This document shows positions 1 through 12,700 of a stretch of DNA of 64,000 nt, piece by piece. The notes under the pieces are model-generated. The model saw only the letters and a program-made list of their open reading frames with translations. It made no database searches and was not told the origin of the DNA. Both the position numbers and the translations under genes were made by a program. Positions within the stretch are counted from its first letter, which is position 1. Each line of letters begins with the position of its first letter. This DNA is from Tubiluchus corallicola (Eukaryota; Animalia; Priapulida): contig JAQGDQ010000064.1 in the NCBI GenBank assembly GCA_030141605.1, positions 62,001 to 126,000 on the forward strand, written 5' to 3'.

Positions 1-573
1 ACCTGTGAAATCGCTGCAGAATAAATTAATTACTCTGGCGGTTTTACCAGTCATGCAGAATGGAATGTGTTTTGTCTAAACATGGCATGTACAGTAGTAT
101 TTTGCAGCCACTCCCTCCTCTCCCTGTGCTAGGTAGTAATTGGTTTTTGCAATCCGCATCTACACAGTCAAACACATGGTAACGTAGTCCTGATGAACAG
201 GTGCACAAAAAACAATATTAAATGTTTATTTTTATCTATAGCATCAGTTGCATACACAATAATGCTTATGCAATTCCGAATGTCATTTAAATTTTGTTTT
301 AGCTGATGCTTTGTAACGTCATGTTGTCATGCTCTATAATGCCTAAGAAAAAAGATGATTGCTGAGTTATTACTTTTAAATCCAAACAACCAAAAAAATC
401 AGTAGTTAGATTCACGTTTAAGCAAGATGGGATGTCAAAATAATTTTTCTAGTGGAAAAAGTGTTTAAATGCATTTTGTTTTGTTTTGAAAGTAGTTTTC
501 GCCACTTAATATTTGAAAATTAGTTAAAGCTTTTAAATTTAAACTCAATTCTAAAATTTATGTTTTGTTTCAG

Positions 574-795
574 CTGGATCATCTAGACATGTTGGGTTTA
601 CGGTCAAGATCGTACAGTGCAAGTGTGTCATCACTAAATATGACATTTCGTGACAGCTTTCGTATGAGGTCAAGTCCTTCTAGTCCCACAAAGCTGCATG
701 ATGATAACACACCTAAAGACGAAATTATCTGGGTTCGACAAAAGGATGTCACCGGTTCATCATCTTCGCTGTCATCTACGGCAACATCTCATCCG
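574..795 (+). CDS. BAIAP3-like exon 1a (Ser-rich N-terminus; ATG at 589)
   Basis: Acceptor ttttgtttcag ends at 573; frame is open (MLGLRSRSYSAS...ATSHP); donor CCG/gtataa in phase 0, matching the exon at 4514. Confidence 0.65.
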
Positions 796-3700
796 GTATA
801 AACTTTATTTATTTATTTATTACACAAACGCGCCATTAATTACAAGCAGTATTCTATGGCGCCTAACAACAGAATCAGCATTATATTTAAAATTTAAACA
901 GATCACATTAAAAGTTAGTGAATTTAAACTATATACTGTGCTGTGTAAACACGACATGAAATTGTACAATAGTTGTAACAAACTTAGTTCAAAAAGACGA
1001 GTCTTAAGTTCTTTCTTGAACACATCAAATATAGTGCAGCACGGAAATCGTATGGTAATTTGTTCCATTCTCTGGGGCCAGTTACAGAAAAAAATCTGTC
1101 TTTGAAAGTTTTACAATTATTAAAGGGTACTTCTGGAGCGCTTTACGTTCAAAAGTATGGCTTTTTATGCTCTTGTCAGTTTTGCATGTTTTGTTTTATC
1201 ATCTGGCCCAAATGAAGTGTTAGTAAGGGATACATACACACAGTTATATATATATTTCTTATAATTTTAAATAATTCTTTTTATCCATATATGGATAAAA
1301 AGAATTATTTAAAATTATAAGAAAATGACAGACAGCTACGAAAGCCATATGCATATATATATATTATATATATTATATATATATTATATATATATATATA
1401 TAATGCCTACGAAATATAGACAGCTACGAAAGCCAATAATATATCATGTATATATATATGGATAAAAAGAATTTTATTTAAAATTATAAGAAAATGACAG
1501 ACAGCTACGAAAGCCATGAAAAAATTTATAGGCTATATGTCAGTGCTGCAATGCTTGAAAAATGTGGCTAAAATGCTAAAAAAATGCCGCAAAAGATTAA
1601 TCGTGATATCGAACAGATCTCTGGTTAAAGTATAAAACCACTCAGTTGCCTCATTTGAGTTACTACCAGTACCTTTGACTAAATCTTCTGCCCTACTTGC
1701 TTTTGTACTTTACACCTGTGATTCATAATATTACTTCGGCTGATGTTGCACAACCATCGGCGTCATCTTACAATCTGCAGAGGAACAGTGCTTGTTTGAC
1801 TAGTGTCAAACCACAGTTGATGACACCTTACTGCTTGCAGAAGAGCACAGAATGTTTGTGGTACATTAAGCTCTAATCCTGGTTAGGTTTTAATATAAAT
1901 AGACTGTGTTTATTTTACCGGATGAAACATATCAGTGATAAGCTGAAACTACAATTTATTCCCAGGTACAATGTATGATAAGTAAACTTTGTTGCTAGGA
2001 AGTTGACTGTTATCAACTATCAATAGCGTCATAATTAAATGATTACCGATCAACCTTTCCGGTTTTATGACAATAAAAAAATTCACACCTGTAAATTTGT
2101 TATTTGAGTAAGTGCTGACTGAATAAATGTTCTATTACCTGTTTTATAACTGTGATTGAAATAAGTCGGGTGTATGAATCACAGATAATTTCCATTGATA
2201 ATTAATTATATCAAGACAATAAGCATATACACTAGTTATGTTTAACTCTATGATGCAGTAGAACAGCAAAATTTAGTATTATCTAATACGTATTTTTATA
2301 GCGTTAATATAATTTAACCCCATTCTTATGGAACTAAGAATTGGCTTCCAGTCCGTCAATGAACTAAATTGAAAATTCTTCTACTTACAAATGCCTGAAT
2401 GGGCTTGCTGCCTGTTATTTATCTGAGCTTTTACAAACATACACACCATCCCACCTACTAAAGGTCATCTGATACTAAAACTTTAGTACGATCTAGAACT
2501 AGTCTTGTCTCAGCTGGAGATAGATATTAACCCAGTGCCCTATCGCTTATAAAATGCACTTTCAGATGAGGTCACAAAAACTCACAAACATCAAAGTATT
2601 TTATTGTCTAGATCCTTTTTATAACTTTTTGCTATTTTAATCTGTGTCTGTATAACGTATTAATGTTAGTCTTTTAAGCATTTATTTGTATTTGTGTACT
2701 TAAAAATAGGTTTGTAGATTTTTGTGAATTTTAAATTTATGTTTGTGCCAGGCTTTGTCTCAGTTTTATGTAATACTTTTCAGTAGTATTCATTGAAATT
2801 TCATGTAACACTCTTAGCATAGATCATTCCTGTTTTGGTATTTGATAATAATTAAGGTACCTATATGATTTGTTTATATATTTAGGTAATAACATGTACC
2901 AAACCATTATCTGTAGTAAGCTTTATTAAATTTGAGTTCTTTTGTGTCAGAAACAGAGTTTGTGAGCTCCTTACGTGGAAATTGTAGTTGTGTTGCTATT
3001 TTTAGGTTAATATCCGCTTTATGGCTCCAATTGTCAACTTTAAATATTTTCTACAATCTATCAAGCACCCACACAAGAAGGAGTTGTTTTGTTTAAACAG
3101 CTTTTTGTTTACGCAGCGCGCCTACGAACCATCCCCAGTTAATGTGTAAGCTGGCAGATTTGCACTATAAAAGTTATTACACTGGTTGCCTGTTTAGCTT
3201 TAACATTATATAGTAGGCTGTTTGCCGTATTCCAGTGGGCAGTATTGGCAGTGTGCCAATAAGTCGATATCCAATCTGTGGTCAAGTATCAGCTCCCAAC
3301 TTAGAAATATGTTGAGCAAGTTGCCAAAACTTGTTAGCCATTTCGTATTCTTTCCTTCTAATTGTGTAATTCATGTTTTCTTGAATGCTTCCTCATCATT
3401 GTTGCAGTCTAGTATATGTTAAAGATTGTCAAATAAGTCCTTTGAAAATTCACAAGTTTAAGTACAGTACTCATTTTGAAAGTTTAATTCCTATCTTGCG
3501 TCAATGGGGCCTGACAAAGAAGCTCTTATAAGACTTCTAAGATTTTTGTTAGTCATATTTTACGATGAGAAACTGCTGGTGTGAGATATTCTCAGGTTCA
3601 TATATTTTAATATTGCTAAATCATTATTTTTGAAATGTTATCCATGACTGTAGGTGTGGCTGACATGGAAATTTAGCTAACGCAAACATTTCTCATAGAA

Positions 3701-6700
3701 ACAGATTTATGAGTTTTCATTAAGAGCCTGCAAAATCTCAAAAACACTGGGGGGGGGCGATTGATGCTGCAGCCTAATTCAGTTTTCTTTCACTGCTTCT
3801 GTTAAATCACAACTGCGTTGAACTGTGTTCATAAAACACACGTTTCTTGTGGAGCTGTGGTCATGGAGAAATCATCAGCTCTTAGTGTGTTACCCTTTCA
3901 CGACTGTCCAGTTATAATAACACCTTCTGTGTCGGACAATGAATCCAGTGATGAACCTGAGGTAATTTTGTCATCATGTACGCTCTGGCAGTTGAAAGCA
4001 AAGTAGAAACTAATCTGTAAATAAGTTGAGCACAGTAATCTTGTTGTATGGAGAGACAAGATTAGATTAAATGGACTGGATTAGATTTGGTTGGATTAAA
4101 TTAGATTAAATTAGGCTAGACTAGACTAGGTTAGATTAGATTAGATCAGTTTAGATCAGATCAGATTAGATTTGATAATTAGATTAGATATTTTGTTAGT
4201 TTGTTCTTTTGATTAATATTATTAAATATTGTTGTTTATTACATCGTTGTAGATGCTTTTGCTTGGTGTGCAGTTTAAAGTTTCTCTATGTTTTGAAATT
4301 ATTGCATTTGCACTTTGAGAAATTGCTACAGTAGAGCTATTTGTAACAAAATAATAACATTAATAATAATTGGAAATCGTCTAATGTAAGAATTAGTATC
4401 ATTGTAAGATTTAACAATATACATTCATTTTAAAAGCATGAAAACACTCGTACATTATGCAGCCATCCTGCATTTTTATAGTATCTCTCTTATGACTTTG
4501 TTGTATTTTTCAGATGAGCGAATTTGAATATCGCTACCGATCTCTTCTTAGCAGTGTTATTAATCCTCTGGGTGCATATGATTCTCGTCCTGGGTATAAG
4601 CCATATCAGCTTGCAAATTACCTTCAAACTGTAAGTGCTATTGTTTGATTTTGTTATATCATATTTCCTTTACATATTTTTACTCATTCGCTAGAAACCT
4701 GTGTTCATGCATTTCACTTTGAGTAATATGTCAAGCGTTTAATTATATTTATGAAAATGCAATTCTATAATCATTATCATCTTTGTTTTACATTCTTAAC
4801 TTCCCTCTTATCCTGTGTTCCGACGGATGATAGCTCGTTGTTGAAGCACTCTGTCCTGTGTCATTTTTCCAATTCCCGGAAACTTTTTGTGACTTTTTGA
4901 TGTTTCTGACGGTCCAATTCAATTCAACTTTTGTTTCAACATTCAAATTGCCATATAATACAATAAAAATGATAAGTTACTTCACATACACAAATGCACA
5001 AAATGCGAACTCTACTAATCACATGTAACATAAAAAGGAATAATAAAAGCTACCCACACCAAGTAAAGCAGATGCCGACAAACAAAAAAAGTTTGAAAGA
5101 TACTGAACATCACAGTCATTTGGAATATTTGCCACAAGAGCATTGCCAGATTGCACAATTCTGGTAAGCAGACTATAGTAACACTTGTGCGGTATATGAA
5201 TAAAATGTGGGAGAGATAAATCTGCACACATCTGAGATGCACTACAATCATATTTAAGTTTATAAAGTTTCCTTATACAATTATTGACACCCTAAGTTTC
5301 TCTAGAACATATTTGTCAATGTTAAGAAGGGAAAGAATTTAAATTAGCAGAACAATTACTAAACTTCCTTATTAAAGTACTAATGCAGACATTTAACAGC
5401 TACTTGTCTTTCACAATGTCTTGGTTATCTTCAGGTAATTTGGCCAAGGTATTTAAGCTTGGGTACAATCAGTATCACATTGTTATTCAAGTGCAGATAT
5501 CCTTTTATTAGGTGTCGCAGATTTCTTTGGCAAAACACGTGGGATTGATGGTCTCTGCCTTTCTCCTCAAAAACCATCATTATCACCTCAGTTTCTGCTT
5601 GCAAAACACTCCCGTAATGAAGTGTACAAAAATAGATTTGTATTTTAACCATGGACATTTGCTTTTGTTCCATGCTGTACTTTTTCACTGACAACAAACT
5701 TTTTTCTTTATCCAGGTGTTTGAAATTGATCCTTCTCAACATGAACTGTGGGTCAAACAAGAGCAGAATAAAAAGGTATGTTGTTTTATGATCATAACAT
5801 TTTTTAATTGTTATGCTAAAAAATATGTACAGTAAGTCCTCGCTTAACAATGCCTGATTTAGGACTTTTTCATTTAAAGACACCTTTTATTCACTCAAGA
5901 ACACATGTTTCATTTTAACGATATTTTTTTGTTTTTTTATGCGCTGAAATTTTGTTTGCTGCACGCGTGTTTTATGAAGAAGTCCTATTAACAGATATGA
6001 TGGTAAAAATTTGCCCTGCTAAGCAGTCAGACACAGGCAGAGTTGATTCATTACAGCCACTCGTTCATAGTTCAGCTTTCTCATGTAGAGATGGAATTTC
6101 TTTTAGAAAATCTTTCGTGTTGCATTACTGGATTAATTATTGCTGCGTTCATCTCAAATGCATTTACGTTATAAGGAAAGCAACACCAGAAATATTTTTC
6201 ATGAGTATCAAAAGTTTGCTAAACAGAAATGGCTAGTATTAAACATCTATATGGAGCTTAAAATATTGAGTATTGGTGCTGGACTTGAAATGTTTTGTGA
6301 AAAGAAGTCAAATAGAGAGTGAGAAGCTATGTTGCAAATGCTTTGCATAGTTAATTCTTGTTTGGCAATTCAATTGAGAGCTTTATATGGTCAGACATTA
6401 TTGATTTTTGTCCTGCAACTTATTGACCACTTTTAGATAGGCAAAGCTTTATAGATCTTTATGTGGAGGATGGGCCTGAATGCTTTTATCCAATGACATA
6501 ATTTGCTGGAATGCAGAGTGTCATTAAGCGAGTACTTATTGTAAGTGGTATTTAAGAAGATGTGTGACTTAAAAGTTCAAACATGCTATAACGTCACGTT
6601 TGGCTTCTCTCCATAGCCAGAAAAGTTAGCTACTTATTTTTGGTTTTTCCTCAAAATTTACTTTCTCAAAAGTTTTTGTTTCAAGTAAATACTAAGCTGT

Positions 6701-9700
6701 ATTTGCTCAACTACATACTAAATGTATACAAATTTTGTATACTAATTAAAAAAAGAGCTAAAATGCACTTTTATTTGAGCCTTGGAAGTGGGACAAATCA
6801 GTGGCTGAAACTAAGTAAAATAATTAGAAAAAATAAATTACAACAACTTCTTAAAATACCTGCTAATGCGCATTCGATGTATTTCAGCGCTTGAACATTG
6901 TACTTAACGTAACGGTCAAGGAGGCCAAGAATCTCACTGTGTCGAACACTTCAACAGGTAAGTCAAAGTTTAAGATGGAATGAAACTGGATAGCAAAAGG
7001 CATGAACAATCTTTGGCACAACATGTTAAGACCTGATTTCATCATGTTTTGGTTTGTTTGTTTAGTTCAATCAGCATATTTGTTAAGATTAACCATTTTA
7101 TTTGCTTAAGGTTGATTTTCGTTGACATAAAATCGATTAACTTTGCTATAACTGACTTATTTTCTTGCACCAATTTTATACTTTATCCTTATCAAGTATG
7201 ACTGGTATGTGTATTATTTACGTTGTTATAAATTATAAATGTTAAAAAATAGGTAAGTAAAAATAGACTCGTAGAGATTTTTTTCTTGAATGTTTTCAGA
7301 TTCTGCTGCACTGCCATTAGAACCATATTGCATACTGACGGTGTATAGGCCACCAGATTCCAGAGCTTCACCTGTATTACCTAGAAGAGTGTAAGTTAAT
7401 TAACTGAGCTACATTGTACTAAGTCTTTGCATAATAAAAACCAATTAATGTGTTAATGAATGTATCTGAGTAAAAAAACATTTTCAACTGCAGAAGGCGT
7501 TCTTCTTACACTCCTCCAGCCGCAGTTCAGCATTCGAGTCCATCTAGAGCATCTCGGAAGAACTCAGCACCAAATCTGGACATTCAAGAATCCGAGGCAC
7601 AACCACAATATACCAAAACCGTGCAAACGCATGCCAATAACGTAACCTGGGACGAACACTTTGAATTGTGAGTAAATCACAGTATACTTACTATTAGGTT
7701 AAATTACTAATTTGTGATTAATTAATCATTATTGTTATTAATTATGTTTCATTTAATCCATCATTTTCACTATTTAAACTGCTCACATTTACTCTGTTGT
7801 AAATTTGATTATTAAAAGTATAATGAGAGATACAGGTTGAGATTAAGTTGGTGTTTTGTTTTTATGATATAGTGACGTAAGAGATGTGTGGACAGAAGAA
7901 TTACTTATCTATATTTGGAACAATGATAAGGCTGATTCTTTAACAGAGATGGTTAAAACTGATGCTGCCGCAAAGTCATCAGGATTGAAGAGGTTAACTT
8001 TTTTGTTCACATTTACAGATTATGTTTTAGATTTTAAATTTTTGTTTATGATTTGGTTTGTTAGTTTTAGATTTTAGTTTATATCTGCTATAGCTCATGA
8101 TCTGCCACTTTCCTTTGTAGCTTTTTGAAGCAAATGCGGTTTGGCGTCGAACAGGCGAAAGTTACAGATGACTTTATTGGACAAGCCACCATTCCTCTTC
8201 GGGTAATAAATTATTGACAGTTAATTTTTAATTTTAGTAAGACTATATTCGCTTATTCGCTTCCGCAGTGTACTCAGTAGTTAAAATGTAATTTGCCTGA
8301 AATTTATCTATCATTTTATTATCTAATCATCTAAAGTATCAATTGACGGCCTGTCTCATTCCAGGACATCCCAGCTACGGGTTGTTGTTTGTGGTTTGAG
8401 CTTCATCGAATGAATAAACTGCGAAAACAGCCAGCTGGCATGCTTAGGATGGGATTACAATTAGCGATAAAGCAGGTAACATTATTATATAGGAGGTTTC
8501 TAACTAATTCTGCAGTTTGTCATAACAGTGTCATCTGATGGAAAAGAGATCAGTTAATATTATTTTTATAGTAGACATCACATGCAGTAAGCAAGTGTAT
8601 TTTGTTTGTGTATCTGCACGTGTTTAATTTTAATAGTGATATATTATATAATTTGGAAATTTTAGTGGTGTATATGAAACAAATAATGTGCATTTTGTCG
8701 GACATCAATGCATTTAAAACCCTTTGGGATTGTCTGGTAACAATACTTCAGTGTCATGAATGTCTTATTACCCTCAGATTAGGCATTTATATACTGTGTT
8801 TAATAATAATTCTTTTTTGGTAACTCTTATTTGTATGAATATTGTCATACTGAAATCATTGTGAATAGTAAATTGGAAATGCCATTACTACTTAAAGTAA
8901 GTAAACATACGTGATAAGATTACTGGATTTTATTGTTAGGGCCCAGATCAATGTGATTCTGCGGAAAGTGATCAATGTTCCTTAGAGGATTATCATTACA
9001 TTGTCACAAAACTGAACAGACACGCTGCAAAACTGCAGAGCAGATCCTGTGAAGATAATAGTCATGTTTACAATGGTGAACCGCCCGAAGAAAGTAAACT
9101 CATCTTACAGTTGTTTGCAGCGCAGAATCAGCTGTCACGGTTAACTCAAGCACTCATGTAAGTGGTATGTTGTTAAGCGAAGAATGATTGAACATTAGAA
9201 TCTGAGTAATTTAAAATTTTTAATGCTTTAAACTTGATTTTCTCTAGGTGTTTATCGTTTCACTTTCCTGTTGTTAGATGTCCTTGCAGCTTTTTAATTA
9301 AATCACTTTGCTTTTAGGTATTTGATTGTGATCTTGGAGTTTATTGTTACATCTGAAGAACCTGATGTAGAAGAGAATGTACTTCGCCTAGCAATAGAAA
9401 AAGTACAGCAAATAGAGAGAGACATGCGACAGTTAAGTCCTTGTTCTTCAAAAGTGGATATTTGTGTACCTACAGATTATGAGGTATCCTTTTAGCGTTA
9501 CAAATAAGAAATTTGTGCATTTGCGCTCTTTGCCGTATTTGACAAAAGCTTAGGGTGTTTATTAAGTTCTTGCTCGATGCCACATTGTTTAGCGATGATT
9601 CTTTCGATGTCTGCAAAATTTGCTATGCATTTTCTCACTTAAAGATGGGATGTTTCATTTTAATAACCTATGTTTGATCTTATTTAAAGCACCAAAATTT

Positions 9701-12700
9701 TATTGTTGTCTATATCCGGTTGTTTGTTTTGAGACAAGCCTTCAAATTCTGCTTTAGTTATGATACAATTTCCTGCTGGTGTGTGATTAGTATACATGCA
9801 AGTTAAATTTCTAACTGAAAGAAATTGAGTTGGGAGACTTACATTTAGAGAGTAATAAAGACATTGAGAAGTAAAGTCTCTATAAAATTCTTAAAATATT
9901 TGATTTTTGCTCCCATGCACTTGCAGTATTTCCAGTGGAACTGTGACTTCACTTAATAATGATTCATTTAGCATCACATTTTGCTGGCTAGCATTTTTCT
10001 TTATGCGTAGACTCGCTGTAGTAATATATTTTATTACTTGTTATTTTATTACTTGTCATTTTGATTCTCTTGAATGGTCTTAAATGTGTTTTGTACTTTC
10101 GGAGAGATAACTACATATTAAGAATGCAAGACTTGCTTCCACATACATAGTCAATTTAAATCAACATAATTATAATAACTATGTGTCTGAGACCAGCTAA
10201 GCTCTGTATTTGACATAACTAAAATATATGTTGTTATTAAATGCTCATGCTTTAAGACTGTCATTCTGTTTCAGCTGGCTTTGTTAGACAAATGTGCAAG
10301 CCTGTACATCAAACAGAAGTTGGATTACTTAGCAGTAAACATGCCTTTGTTTTTCCCAACATTCGGTGATGATTTTGAAGAAGAATTTGCCATGACAGTA
10401 AAGTATGTAGAGGCAATTCTACAATATTTTTTGTAATTTTAAAGTGATTTTTTGCCATGAAATACCGAGCAGCTTAACTTATATCGTGATACTGTCTTTG
10501 TCTTAAGTAAATTGTTGCAAATGTTCACTGATATAGGAATTTAATAAAGACAACTGCAAAGTGATTTGCCAATTAAAGTGACTGACACCACTTGGTAAAC
10601 CTTTGAATAATATTAGTTTTGTTTTTAATGTTCAGTAAAAAGGTATACAAACAATACCTGACAGTTTTTTTATTGACGTTTTTAGATCTATGAAAATGCT
10701 GATAAACTTAAGTGCATGGAGGTGGGGTGGCAACTACCGTGAACAACTTAACGAGCTTATCACAAATAAGATCAAGGTAGGATTTTGTTGCATTTAATTT
10801 TGTTTATTGTATATACTCTATTTTGTCGTAAACCTGTTCTTTAAATTTATTTCTGAATGAACAATTGGTTAGGCTTTTTCCAGCTGCTGTTTTTCATTGT
10901 GGCATCTAAAATTAGTGTTGAATAGTTTTAAAAATTTATATCCATTTTCTTGAATTGTTTAGGGTTATATGTCTTGTTATGCTACGCTTTTATACTTTGT
11001 TTTACCTATGAAAAATTGCTTTAACAGATACATCTAAATTTCTTTTTTTTGTTTGCTTACTTTTATATAAAAAATACTTGTTTGAAATGAATTACTATTT
11101 GTCATTTACTTGTAGGAAGATGTGTGTAGATGGTTAAATGCAAAGATTGACAATCTCTGTACACGGAGGCATGTGAAAGATATGATCCTTCCAAATATGG
11201 TTGCAATGACATCAATAATTACAGAAACAACTAAATTTTGCACAACAACTGCGAGCTACGTAGAATATTTTAAGAAATGCCATGTGTCTTATTATAGCAT
11301 TGTTGCAGAAGTCGTTGATGAAAAGGTAATTACAGATATAATTTGTTGATGAATTAAAGTTAAACTAAACCCTCACTATAATATAAGCTTTTACTACTTA
11401 AAATCATACTCTCATTACAAATATTCAACTTATTTTAATATAAATTTACTGTAAAAGTTGTTTCTTTTGATTTTTTACCACTTCGTTGTTAGTGGCATTA
11501 AATTTGAAAAATCGCCAGTTTTAGTTGCGCTAGACGAATGACGTTATGAGTACAGTCACGAGGTCACCAAAGATCAGTAAGCAAACATTGGTAAACAAAG
11601 ACGCTTTCTATACCTCGTACATCATTTTTGCTCACTTGCGCCAAAGAAGCGGAACATGGCGATCTTTACGGCAATAACACATTCGAAATTCACCAGAAAA
11701 AGATAAGTTATTTAATTTATAAGATTCTTTTGTTTAATAATAACTACAAATTATTTGTGTAATCATAATAATGCGCTAAAAAACTTCATTCTCTGTTGGG
11801 GTTATATATGTTGTTGTCATCATTGATATGAGATTGTTTAAATATTTTAAATATATTCATCTGTGACACATTGTAATTCTCTGATTTCATAGATAAACCA
11901 AAACAATTTACAAAGTTAGCTTTTTATTATAGATTTCTTAAACGCAATCTTGTTAGTAGTTTTAATAAACTAGCCTTATTAATTAAATCATCATTTCTCA
12001 TGAAATTTTTAGTTCAAACATTTACGTGTGACAGACAAGAGGTTCATATGTACTACAACAAATATTGTGGTAGTTTTTTGACACGACATTATCAAGGTAT
12101 ATTAATGTCATTTTACTGAATTGCAGTTATCTGCTGTTTGTTATCATATGATGCAAGAACTGGATAAATATCAGGCTCGATACCGACAGTTTCCAGTTAA
12201 TGTCCGGGATAGTAGCAAAATTTCCCTGAAATTTTATCTTGCCTTGAAAAAACTTAGGGTATGTTGTATTGTAGATTATAATCTTTACTAGCAATGTTGT
12301 AGATGTTTGTTCTAATAATGAGAGGTTTAAAGATATTAGCCCAGTATCAGTTTTTACCAAGGCTTTATTATTCCATTGAGCTGTAAATCTACTCTGATTT
12401 TTAAAGTTATTATAAAAAGTGTGTTGTACTAATTATTTAATAATAAGCCTTTTCACAGTTTCGTTGTGCGCACGCGCAGTTGTTGTAGGTCAAAGGTTAA
12501 GTGCACCACAGCAACGCGTCTTAATTACAACCATCACGTGACGTGTGGGTAAAGCAGAGCCATCTGCCGCATCAGTGCTGTAATGTTAGTTGTTTTACGT
12601 TGACTTTACTTAATTATGCATTAGTCTGCGCACAGAGTGATTTACTAGCAGGATCTTCTTTGGGAACAAGAAAAAATGAATGAGGTAAGATGCTAGCTAG

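Noticed and set aside
698-1105. 135-aa ORF and the 150-aa antisense ORF at 5431-5883
   Set aside because: They overlap exon-intron boundaries of the main gene in other frames or on the other strand; no coding features.
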